From NCBI GenBank assembly GCA_951406725.2, contig OX597832.1, positions 19,282,001 to 19,346,000 of the forward strand: a DNA stretch of 64,000 nt. The letters are read 5' to 3'. A model generated the notes under the pieces. The model had not been told where the DNA came from. It did no database searches and worked only from the letters and a program-made list of their open reading frames with translations. This document shows, in pieces, positions 41,735-53,818 of the stretch. How positions within the stretch are numbered: position 1 is the first letter of the stretch; each line of letters begins with the position of its first letter. The stretch comes from Octopus vulgaris (lineage: Eukaryota). The translations under genes and the position numbers were made by a program.

Positions 41735-42276
41735 CTTAAAAACTCCAGACTCGCATGTCCTTAGGACAGCTGATATCTTGAGTATTTGGGGTGATGGTGT
41801 ACAAGCACCGGTTGCGTTGGACTGGACACCTTATTAGAATGAAGGATAGCAGGACCCCTAAGTAGATGCTATATTGGGCACATGTGAATGGAAAGAGACC
41901 TCTGTAGAAACCAAGGCTGCGATTTAAGGACTGTGTCAAGTACTCATTAATGGCCTGTGATATGCAGAAGACTGACTGGGAGAGCAATGCCTGTCATTGT
42001 CTCAGATGGAGGATGCAGGTTAAGAAGAGGTTGGACACTTTTGAGAGAGCACCTATTCTGCATGAAGAACTTGGGCGTGCTGCTCGAAAGCGCACTGCTG
42101 GTGTAGTGTAGGAGGAAAGCTTGGTTTGCAATGTTTGTAATCGTGTGTGCTTGTCAAGAGCAGGTCTCATTAGCCACCAACGGAGTCACATATGCAAAGT
42201 ATAAGTTAGTCCTTGAGCGCAAAATGTTCCTGACGGTCAGCAATGGACTTCATCGGTCACGAGTGGATGACCATCA
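41735..42276 (+). pseudogene. 5'-truncated RTE-clade LINE: ORF C-terminus with C2H2-type zinc finger and short 3' UTR
   Basis: Frame 41791-42204 reads HRLRWTGHLIRMKDSRTPK*MLY...KPRLRFKDCVK...DWE...RWR...LVCNVCNRVCLSRAGLISHQRSH. RLRWxGHxxRM is an RTE signature. Several in-frame stops. Confidence 0.9.
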
Positions 42277-42313
42277 TATATACATACATATGTGTGTGTG
42301 TATATATACACGT

Positions 42314-42362
<49 letters not shown>

Positions 42363-42494
42363 AGTATGTGTGGCAAAATGAGTTATCCTGTGACAGACCG
42401 GTGTCCCGTCCATGTGATAAATATATATGCCATAGAAACCGGCAAACCGGCCCTATATGATGAGGAAAATATCTTTATCCTTTATCCTATATAT

Positions 42495-42848
42495 CTTTCA
42501 TGTATTTCAGTCATTAAACTGTGGTCATGCTGTAGCGCTGACTTCAAGAATTTTATTCAAACACGTCAACATTAGTATATATTCTTTAAAACCGAAGAAC
42601 TTACTCTATCGGTTACTGTTGCCATTGCTAAAATACAAGCTAATAAACACACCAACAAATACACACACACACATAGGTGTATATACAGGACGACCGTCTT
42701 TCAATTTTCGTCCGCCAAATGCATTCAGAAGGTTTTGGTCTGCTCGGAGATATACTAGAATTCTTGCCGAAAGTGCCACGCAGTGGGACCGAACACAGGA
42801 CAATGTCGTTGGGAAGTAAATTTCTTACCATACATGCATGCCTGCGCC
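42495..42848 (-). mobile_element. SINE family A, diverged copy, head-to-head with 42887-43300
   Basis: Reverse-complement similarity along its length, ending CCTGCGCC. Confidence 0.85.
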
Positions 42849-42886
42849 TAGGATGTTAAAAATTGATATATAAATTTATATATAAA

Positions 42887-43300
42887 GGCGCAGGAGTAGC
42901 TGTGTGGTAAGTAGCTTGCTTACCAACAACATGGTTCCGGGTTCAGTCCCACTGCGTGGCATCTTGGGCAAGTGTCTTCTGCTATAGCCTCGGGCCGACC
43001 AATGCCTTGTGAGTGGATTTGGTAGACGGAAACTGAAAGAAGCCTGTCGTATATATGTATAAATATATGTATATGTGTGTGTGTGTATGTTTGTGTGTCT
43101 GTGTTTGTCCCCCTAGCATTGCTTGACAACCGAGGCTGCTGTGTTTACGTCCCCGTAACTTAGCGGTTCGGCAAAAAGAGACCGATAGAATAAGTACTGG
43201 GCTCACAAAGAATAAGTCCCGGGGTCGATTTGCTCGAATAAAGGCGCTGCTCCAGCATGGCCGCAGTCAAATGACTGAAACAAGTAAAAAAAAAAAAAGA
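42887..43300 (+). mobile_element. SINE family A (tRNA head, CORE-like block, internal TA/TG microsatellite, GTAAAAGA-type tail); best full-length copy
   Basis: Head GGCGCAGGAGTAGCTGTGTGGTAAG with B-box-like GGTTCAGTCCC, then CTTGGGCAAGTGTCTT, internal microsatellite, and tail CAGTCAAATGACTGAAACAAGTAAAA. More than 15 related copies in the window. Confidence 0.92.
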
Positions 43301-43615
43301 AATAATAAATCCGTGTCTGGTGTTTAATTAAGAAGCTCATATCGCTACGAATATGTTCACAGTTGACATTCCACTGCGCAGAATTTTGTGGGTATGTGAG
43401 TTGTAGTGTATTTTCGACTCGACGACTAACTTTAAAATTCTAGGCGGTGATTGTGGATCAATTTTTCTTGTGTGTGTGTGTAACTATGTTTGTGAGTTGC
43501 GTTTAGAATACTTGTGGTTTTTATTTCCTCTTTCCGTGTCCTGCCGGTGCAAGCGGTTAGAGAAAGTGAGATCGACATTATACGTATCACTCTGAAATAG
43601 CTGATAGGCTCCGTA

Positions 43616-43944
43616 GTTGAGACCCCCTTCAGTCAAGACTGACCGTGGGATTGCATCTAGAAAGCTACCCTCCCAGGCACAAGTCCGGGCAAGGTTGTTT
43701 ATGGAAGACCAGCAGTCGCCCATGCATACCGACCTCCCCTCTCCACGCCACCAGTGTTATCCAAGGGAAAGGCAATGGGGCCGATACAGCTTGGCACCTG
43801 TGCCATCGCAACTCATTTCTACGGCTGAGTGAACTGGAGCAACGTGAAATAAAGTGTCTTGCTCAAGAGCACAACACACAGTCCGGTCCAGGAATCGAAT
43901 TCACAAACTTACGATGCTCTAACCACTGAGCCATGCGCCTTCAC
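43616..43944 (-). mobile_element. SINE family C (tRNA head plus CORE-like block) with TSD
   Basis: TSD TAGGCTCC(G/A)TA at 43605-43615 and 43945-43955. Minus strand reads GAAGGCGCATGGCTCAGTGGTTAGAGC...TTCGATTCC...TTGTGCTCTTGAGCAAGACACTT. A decayed relative lies at about 365-500 (+). Confidence 0.85.
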
Positions 43945-44009
43945 TAGGCTCCATAATGGTCGATTAATTCCACTTAAACTGGTGCCCTGAACATGACTGT
44001 ATCCCTAAA

Positions 44010-44238
44010 TATTTGTTTCTTTACTACCCACAAGGGGCTAAACACAGAGGGGACAAACAAGGACAGACAAACGGATTAAGTCGATTATATCGACTCCAGT
44101 GCGTAACAGGTACTTAATTTACCGACCCCGAAAGGATGAAAGGGAAAGTCGACCTCGGCGGAATTTGAACTCAGAACGTAACGGCAGACGAAATACGGCT
44201 ACGCATTTCGCCCGGCGTGCTAGCGTTTCTGCCAGCTC
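44010..44238 (-). mobile_element. SINE family B (tRNA head plus TTTCATCCTTTCGGGGTCG central block), young copy with TSD
   Basis: TSD GTATCCCTAAA at 43999-44009 and 44239-44249; B-box GTTCAAATTCC on - strand. Diverged copies near 1305-1490, 3910-4020, 12815-13000, 19405-19570, 20150-20350, 24720-24935, 26900-27260, 27950-28145, 33960-34140, 36880-37050, 39400-39790, 61050-61250 and 62365-62530. Confidence 0.9.
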
Positions 44239-44942
44239 GTATCCCTAAACATTGAAAAAAGCAATAACCGTATTATACGCTATACATATTTACTTTGATG
44301 GACATAACGTTTACAACGTACAAACTACAAAGCAAATGATACTGAGAAACGGTGAGACTGGCTGAACGACAGAGTGGAAAACTGGTAGCTGAATTGACTG
44401 ATCATGATTAGAGTAATAGAGTAAGGCCATTAAATGGACTTGTTGCACTCACACTTTCACTTTCACATTCCCTCCCTCTCTCTCCCTTCTCTCTCTCTCT
44501 CTCTCAATCATTTGCTTTCACTCTCCTAATTCTTAATTAGTGCTAATGAAACAGACATCAACAGAATGATTTAATTTTTGCTTAATTGATAACAAGGATA
44601 GTCTTACTACTAGCAAGCACTTAAAAGAAAAAAAGCAACAACGACAGTAACAACAACAACAACTAGCAGCAGCAAACCAGTGTCACGCCATTCTTGACCC
44701 ACGCAAATGGCTTTGAGCTTGCCCAAATTAGAGCTGGCAGTACGACTGTCATTGATACACACGCACACGCTGTTTTTTTCTCTGTTCTTCTGTCTGTCCC
44801 TGTGTGTATGTATATCTCTCTCTGTCTGTCTCTTTCTCTCTATGTACATATGTATGTGATATGTGATGTGTGTGTATATATAAATATGAGTATGTGTGTC
44901 TGTGTATGTATATATATAAATATATATGTGTGTGTATGTATG

Positions 44943-44984
<42 letters not shown>

Positions 44985-45028
44985 CGTGTGTGTATATATC
45001 TATATGTGTGCGTATATATATGCATATA

Positions 45029-45060
<32 letters not shown>

Positions 45061-45107
45061 CATGCGTGTATATATATATAGATATATGTATACATATAAT
45101 TATATAC

Positions 45108-45147
<40 letters not shown>

Positions 45148-47631
45148 ACATATATGAATGTATACATGTTTATATATATATGTATATAGACATATATGTA
45201 TGTATATATAATCATGTATGTTCGCGCGCGTGTGTGAAGAATTTACAAATCATTATGAAATACTACAGTCAAAAGTTTCATGTGACGTGTAACATTTTTC
45301 CCGATTGGCAGGCCAGTTAAAAAAAGACAGATTGTGGATCTTAAGGCAGATTTTACGATTACCAAAATACATAGGACGAATTAGATGAAGATATAGGAAA
45401 TTATAACACGATGGTTACAAGTAGGAAATCGTTACTGATAGTGATCACATCGATTAAGGATAATCTGTAACTAGGCACCGATAATAACATGAAAGTACTC
45501 AAACCTCAGAAAAAAATGTGTATTAAAAGTTTATGAACGTAATCGTACAAGGTTCAAAACCGAGTATCTTCCAGTTCCAGAGGATTAAACTGAAGAACTA
45601 ACAAGGTACTGTTCGTACTAAACGAATGCACCAATCCCTGTTCAGTACTTAACAAAACATATGTTACGCCTATGTGCACGAATGTGAAATAGGTCCACAC
45701 ACCTATAACTGAGTATAGAATGTGTGTCTGCATGTATATGTGTGTGTGTGTGTGTGTGTGTATGTTTGTATACAGAAATATATCTACACGTCATATATAT
45801 ACACACATATATATAAACGTTACATATACTCATATATATATATATACATGCATACATAAATATATATGCATACATACGTATTCATACATACATACATATA
45901 CATACATATATATATATTATTACATATATACATATATATATATACATACATATATACATGTATGTATATACATACATATATACATATATATACATACATA
46001 TATACATATATATACGTACATATATACATATATACATATATATATATACGTACATATATACATATATATATATACATATATGCATACATTTATACATATA
46101 TACATACATACATATATACATACATATATACATACATATATACATACATACATACATACATACACATATAATCAGTACAATCGTTTTGATCTCTCTAGCA
46201 TCGATCTCACACGGGTGGGAAACTTAAGAACAGGTTCAGAAGCAGATGCATCTCTTCGGGTAATAAATAGATATAATACGTTAGAATAACAGTTCCGCCA
46301 TGCATCTTCTCAAGGATCGATGCAAGATGAGTCGAAACAATTGTAGTGATAACTAATAATTTTCGTATCTTCCATCTTATATTAACCAAATATATAACGA
46401 ATATATATTATTGTCTAATAATAACAATAATAATAATAATAATAATAATAATAATTTCATATCTATATATATATATATATACACACACACATATTCAAGT
46501 CTGCATTTATGTATGTACACAGACACGCGGGCAGGATACTTATGGTTGTTGTAAATATGTATATCGCCTTATCTCTCAGACAAGTACGAGTGTTTGTGTT
46601 AATATACAACGATGCATCCGAATTTGGTTCCCATGTTTCCTCATTCCACAGTGTTTTTATATTGCCTCTTGGTAATCCTAGTACACGATTGACAACGAAG
46701 ACCAATATAAAACAAATGACCGGTCACAAAGTTGAACAAAGAAATGTATGCATTTACAGATGTACATACACACAGACCACATGAAACTCATATATATGTA
46801 CATACACACACACTGTCTTTCTCTCTGTATATATTTGTATATATATATTTATACTTACATACATACATATGTATATTGATGCATACATACATATGTATAT
46901 ATTGATTCATACACATATATATATATATATATATTGATTCATATATATATATATATTGATTCATATATATATATATATATATATACTTACATATACATAT
47001 ACATACACACATACACACGACCATGTGAGAAAGCAAATGAATGAAGGTAGTACTCAATATGTATGGTTGGATTGAAATGTATTCAATAGGTATTTGACGG
47101 AACTCAACATGACTTCAAGGTTCGTAGACGTCTAGAGCACGCCCAATCCATCAGATGTTCAGCATAAGAGCCTTATTTTGCAGAGAAAATTTTTAGTCAA
47201 GTCAAGCTGAGTCGAGCTATTGGGCACACGCGCATACAAACACAGGCGCACCCACACACGAACCCATATGCACATATCTTTGAATATATATACGTGCGTG
47301 TTGAGGTGTATGTAATATGCATTGCGTGTGAGTCTGTAACTGTCAAACATGTGATTCTTAGGATTATGTGAAGGAATCAGAAGTTACCAATATTTGCTTT
47401 CGGATATTGAGAAGACATGTTTAGTATAAAACACATATTACTATTTTATGTGACATATATAAAACATTATGTGTATGTTTTATAAATCGTATATAAAATA
47501 GAAAAACGGCTCCAGTTTATTTCATTTTGTATGATTTATGCATTGAACTACGCAAATAATGTATACTCGCGAATATGCGCAAATTTATGCAAGTAATATA
47601 AGCACATACAATTTATGTACTCATGCCACCA

Positions 47632-47871
47632 ATCCGACCGTGGCCGTTGCCAGCCTCGCCTGGCACCTGTGCGGGTGGCACGTAAAAAGCACCCACTACA
47701 CTCACGGAGTGGTTGGCGTTAGGAAGGGCATCCAGCTGTAGAAACATTGCCAGATAAGACTGGAACCTGGTGCAGCCTTCTGGCTTCTCAAATCCCCGGT
47801 CGAACCGTCCAACCCATGCTTGCATGGAGAACGGACGTTAAACGATGATGATGATGATGATGATGATGATG
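47632..47871 (+). mobile_element. Retroposon 3' end (RTE-like tail) terminating in (GAT)n
   Basis: GGTTGGCGTTAGGAAGGGCATCCAGC...GGACGTTAAACGATGATGAT. Relatives at 35030-35303 and 22560-22592. Confidence 0.75.
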
Positions 47872-47889
47872 TATAGAGAATTAATATAA

Positions 47890-47977
<88 letters not shown>

Positions 47978-48267
47978 ATATATGGGTACAGGACATTACC
48001 AACAGTAAACAACTCATGTGAAAACACATGAGTTCAATACACAAACAACGAGAGAAACAAATGGAAGACGGGACAAGTAACATAAAGAGTGACCCTTCAT
48101 CAGTTATCGGCTGTCTACCTACTGCTCATTTCGAGTACTGAACGACAATATGAGTCTTCGAAGACAGTTACTCCCATAAGTACCATATATATATATATAT
48201 ATATATATGAGAGTTAACATGAATATACCTAGTTAAATGATATATACCGACAAGATACCTTTATACA

Positions 48268-48780
48268 GATGCAGGCCTGGCTATGTGATATGAAGCTTGC
48301 GTCTGAACCACTTGTTTCCAGGTTCAGCCCCACTGCATGACACCATGAGCAAGCATCTTCTACTGTAGCCACAGGCCAAGTAAAGCATTGTGAGTGGATT
48401 TGTTTGACGGAAACTGAAAGAAGCCCATTGTGTATATATATATATATATATATATATACACTGCGATTTAAAGCAACATTTGTACATGAAGAAATTAACT
48501 TGTTTGTTTATGAAATATTATTTTGTAGGCGTGTGTTTGTATGTGTGTGTGTCTGTGTGTGTGTGTGTGTGTGTGTATGTACCCCTCGCCATAACTTGTC
48601 AACCGATGCTGGTGTGTTTATGCCCGTAACGTAGAGGCTTAACAAGGGAGATCGATAGAATAATTACTTTGGTCATAAAGCTCCATGGGTCGATTTTTTT
48701 TCGACTAAAACCATTCAAGGCGGTGCTGCAACATGGCCGCAGTCAAATGACTGAAACAAATAAAAGAATCAAAGAATGAA
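48268..48780 (+). mobile_element. SINE family A, diverged full length
   Basis: Head GCAGGCCTGGCTATGTG...GGTTCAGCCCCACTG and tail GGCCGCAGTCAAATGACTGAAACAAATAAAAGA. Confidence 0.85.
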
Positions 48781-49056
48781 ATACATATGTATATATTTTA
48801 GCTCTTATTTGTAGAAGATATACGAGTGTCGATATGCTGTAGCACCTACTTGGTGGGTTTAATCGAAAACATTCAAGACCAACAGAGCTTCATATTAAAT
48901 CTAGCACATATTTCATCAGATATTTATGCACAACGACTATGTTAAGGGGGCATAAATACAGCAAGAAGCCAGGTGTCAAGCAATGGGTGACAACCACTCT
49001 CAAACAGACACAACCACAGGTATATGTGTGTATATGTATATGTGTGTATGTATGTA

Positions 49057-49088
<32 letters not shown>

Positions 49089-49336
49089 CGTGTGTGTGTG
49101 TGTGTGTGTATAAAATGGGACAAGAAGGCAAAACATCCAGACAGTTAGGTGATACAAAAAGGGGGCAACAGAGCATCCAGATAGACGATACAAACAAAAC
49201 AAGGAGGGTCATACTTCCTCAGTCAAGTATCAGATTAACTCGCAATTTCGGCTGATTATACTTGAGATTGCTCCAATGTGACCAGCCCCAAGGAAAAACT
49301 AATCTAAAAGCATTAGCTTCCTTGGAAGAAAGCACC

Positions 49337-49370
<34 letters not shown>

Positions 49371-50088
49371 AATCTCCGATGAAGCTATAGGGAAAAACAA
49401 GCTCTCATATAGTATGTGCATTGCATGGTAAAGCAGAAACAACTGTTAGCTGATGAAGTCCATAACATAATTTCTTATTCCATTGTCATTTGCCCACAGC
49501 CTTAAGGCTGAAACATATTATATATATATATACATATATATATAGGAGAGAGACAGAGGGAGAGGGAGAAATGATATAAATATATTTATTATTAATTCTA
49601 TATTTGTGTATAGAACTGTGTAACTAATAGATGTATCTATTATTGTATTTCATATATATGAAGATAGCATGCATGAATATGTATAAACTATGTGCAGTAA
49701 CTACATCATTAATTGTGTGTATATCGTGTGATATATATATATATATATATATATATTATACGGTCTTAGATGTATTAAGTCTCAATGTTTTTCAGGAGGC
49801 GTTACTACGCATTGTTATAATGATTTCAAGACAAACGTGTTAATAATTGGTACATAACTCATTCCAGTGCTTATCCAAGCCTACTTCTAAGCTGACAAGA
49901 CATATGGAGAGAGATCATAAGCAGAGATATGTGAATAATGTTCACTGTGCGTTAACAAGGTATTGGTCACTTCAAGTTGAGGAGACGCAGTTGCATCCCA
50001 AAATATACAACGTAGTCGCCTGGCGAAATTCGTAGATATGATCTGTAATGTGTGTCTATACATGTGTGTATACATGTATGTGTAACTG

Positions 50089-50133
<45 letters not shown>

Positions 50134-50159
50134 GTGTATATATATATATACATACATAC

Positions 50160-50190
<31 letters not shown>

Positions 50191-50288
50191 CTGAGCGGGA
50201 CAGGGAGAGAAAGAGAAAGGGATATATATATATATATATATATATCCCTATCTATCTATCTATATATATATATATATATTATATATAG

Positions 50289-50319
<31 letters not shown>

Positions 50320-50668
50320 TGGATGGATGGATGGATGGATAGATAGGTATGAAGTGTACATGCACATAAATATATAAAGTTATAAACCATAATTAAACGC
50401 ATAAGTCATCACGATTTCTTTCTATATTAATTTATATCTGTATATTGTATGTATGCTTCATGAGATATAAAACATATACATAGATGTATATGTTAAGTGT
50501 ATATACGATATATACATGTATGGGAAGTATATATGTATGTATACATTTAAGTAAACGTAAGATTTTATACGTTTCATATACGATGACGATGATGATGATA
50601 TATATATATATTTATCCTCGCTCAAAGAAATATATATGTACATATATATGGTTATATACAAAAGAGAA

Positions 50669-50708
<40 letters not shown>

Positions 50709-50744
50709 TATATAAATACAAAAGTCTATATATAACACATCTAT

Positions 50745-51398
50745 TTATACTCGTATTCTTTTTCTTGCTTCAGTTATTTGACTGCGGCCATGCTGGGTTA
50801 TTTTTAGTCGAAGAAATCGACCGCTGGACTTGTTTGTAAGCATAGTTCTTATTCTATTGGACTCGTTGGAATGAACCGGCTGAGTTACGGAGACGTAAAC
50901 ACACCAACATCGGTTGTGAAGCGATAGTGGGTTGGACAAGTAGACTCAAAGACACAGACATTAATATATATATATATATATAAATATATATATGAGACAC
51001 ACACATAATATAGAATACTTACACACATACACACACAGAGACCCAAATGCGTATACAAGAATGTATGTATGAACACATATTTTATATAAAATCATATATA
51101 TATATATATATATGTCTACCACATACGAGCGTTTATTTAAATATAGGCGTGTATATATTTTATATATATATATATATATATATTTTATCTTTTCTGTCAT
51201 GTGGATGCAGCCATGCTAGAGCACCGCCTTGAAGAAACTTTCGTTATATGTTTGTTTACTAGGATATTTGTTATTTTAAGTCTAGGACTCATTGTATCTG
51301 ACTATTTCGCCGAATTACAAAGTTAAGGAACGTAAACAAACCAACACTAGTTGCCATGTGCTAGTTGGTACAAACACAGACCAAAAGACGACAGCGAG

Positions 51399-51462
<64 letters not shown>

Positions 51463-51612
51463 GATGGATTTCTTTCAGTTTCCTCAAACAAATTCACTGA
51501 CAAAGTTTTGGTCAGCCCCAGGCAGTCATTTACACAAGGGGCTACGGGGTGGAAATGAACTCGAAAGCATGTGGTTAGGATGGAATCTTCTAATCACTCA
51601 ACCACGCTTGCG
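50745..51612 (-). mobile_element. Two diverged SINE family A copies (50745-50960 partial; 51183-51612)
   Basis: TTTGACTGCGGCCATGCTGG and GCAGCCATGCTAGAGCACCGCC tails; TTCTTTCAGTTTCC body. Confidence 0.75.
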
Positions 51613-51787
51613 TCTATACTATGTAAACAGAAATATTTGCTATATATGTAGACATTTTTATCATTATGTATGAATTTTATATGTACATATGGAGTTTATA
51701 AACGAATATAATACGTGTATATATGTGTATAGATTTCAGAATGAGAGAAATGGAGAGAGACTATATGTGTGTGTATGTGGGGGGGGG

Positions 51788-51948
51788 GACAATTATTCGT
51801 TAGCCATGATAAAAATTCCAAGTTTCGGATGTCGGGGGTCATTTTCATAGCGTTTTTTCGATGGCCTGATAACTGAAGAGATAGCGGCATGGGTTTCCGC
51901 CCCGACATTCGAAATTCGGAGTTTTATAATGGCTACCGAATAATTGTC
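51788..51948. mobile_element. Small fold-back element or decayed MITE with about 50-bp imperfect TIRs
   Basis: GACAATTATTCGTTAGCCATGATAAAAATTCC..GGATGTCGGGG pairs with CCCCGACATTCG..GGAGTTTTATAATGGCTACCGAATAATTGTC. No TSD resolved. Confidence 0.6.
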
Positions 51949-52139
51949 ACATATTATTGTTACATGATATCGAGGTCTCGTTCATTTTTTTTTGTTGGCT
52001 TACCATTTCTATCAATATATATATATATATTTCATTTCCATATGCCATTTCGTGTTACAATGGATTTAAGGTTGTATATATAAAATAAAGACTTTATATG
52101 CATACATTAATGTGTATATATTAATGGTGTGTGTATTAT

Positions 52140-52530
52140 TTTACTCTTTAATTTATTACTTGTTTCATTGATTTGACTGCGGCCATGCTGGAGCACCGCC
52201 TTTAGTCGAACCTTAAGCAGGTGTCTTCTCCACAAGTTTGTGGGTGGATTTGGTAGATGGAAACTGAAAGAAGCCGGTTGTACATATATATATATATATA
52301 TATATGAGTGTGTGTCTGTGTGTGTGTGTGCGCGCGCGTCTGCCTCATCCCCTCCCTGCTTGACATCCGAGGTTGGTGCGTTTACGTCCCAGTAATTTAA
52401 CGGTTCAGCAAAATAGACTCTTGGAGTAAGTACTAGACTTACAAATTATAAGTCCGGGTTCGATTTGCTCGACTGAAATTAGTTCTCCATCATGGCCGCA
52501 GCCAAATGTCTGAAACAAATAAAAGAATAA
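52140..52530. mobile_element. SINE family A tail (- strand, 52140-52210) fused to a 5'-truncated + strand copy (52213-52530)
   Basis: TTACTTGTTTCATTGATTTGACTGCGGCCATGCTGGAG is the reverse complement of the tail at 52485-52525. Confidence 0.8.
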
Positions 52531-52863
52531 ATACTATATATTCAAAACTACGCATGTATACGCACACATAAAATATGCGAATATACATATCTATGTTGTG
52601 TGTGTAAAATTTAGCCTATATGCTCCTTGCTGTCATGACATATGCAAATGAACTGGTAATGTGTGTGCCTATATAGGTGTATATATATATATATATGTGT
52701 GTGTGTGTCTGAGATTATATATATATATGTATATAATATACACATAATGTATTGTAATAATAAACGCAATATTTTGTGTGTATATACACACACACACACA
52801 TATATATATACACATACATATATAAATACACACACACACACATATATATATATGTATATATAG

Positions 52864-52935
<72 letters not shown>

Positions 52936-53780
52936 TACAAATAAATATATAGCAGTTCATTGTTTATATTTATATATAATGCTAATACACATATATATTT
53001 GTATACAATGCTCAGATATATATTCATATAAATGTGTATGATATATATATATATATTATATATCTATGCTTGTATGTATGTATGTATATAATCATAAATA
53101 ATATCCCTATTTCTAGAAATATTAATTTCGAATACACACAACATTTTGTTTATAAATCTCATTCTAATCCAATATAATTTGATACCAGCTCATGTCAATA
53201 AATTCCTCCAATTTAAATCAGAATTTATCCCATGTAATTAACACTAATATTCTACAAATTGATCGGCTAATATTTATGCAATATACTAGAGGGTCACGAA
53301 TATAAATTGTGAAATTGCGAGGCCTTATTACTTACTAAACAACAGCTACGAAATTTATTTGTATTATATGCATTAAAAATATTTACTAAATGTATTCATG
53401 CATGGATATGGATATATAGTACTTGTATGCTTATATATATATATATATATATATATGTGCCTTTCTGTGATACTCTCTCTCTCTCTCTCTCTCTATCACA
53501 TACACACACACATTTGACAAAACGTGTAATATATTACTAAATTCGCTTTTGTGTTAAATACTTATTCTATATAATGTGTACTGTTCCATATGATATTTTG
53601 CAAGTATTTATCTCATATACGCTATATACATTATATAGAAAAATTATATACGAAAAAACATATTTATGGTATTTATATTAGAAAAAAAAACGTCTCTAAT
53701 ATATAAGTCATATATTTTTATACATTTATGATTCATAAAATATGCACCCATTATATTGTATTACACTATATATATATAGA

Positions 53781-53818
<38 letters not shown>

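Noticed and set aside
42887-42960. tRNA genes (A/B-box motifs here and at 43880-43944, 44160-44238)
   Set aside because: They are SINE heads continuous with SINE bodies; no complete cloverleaf is seen.
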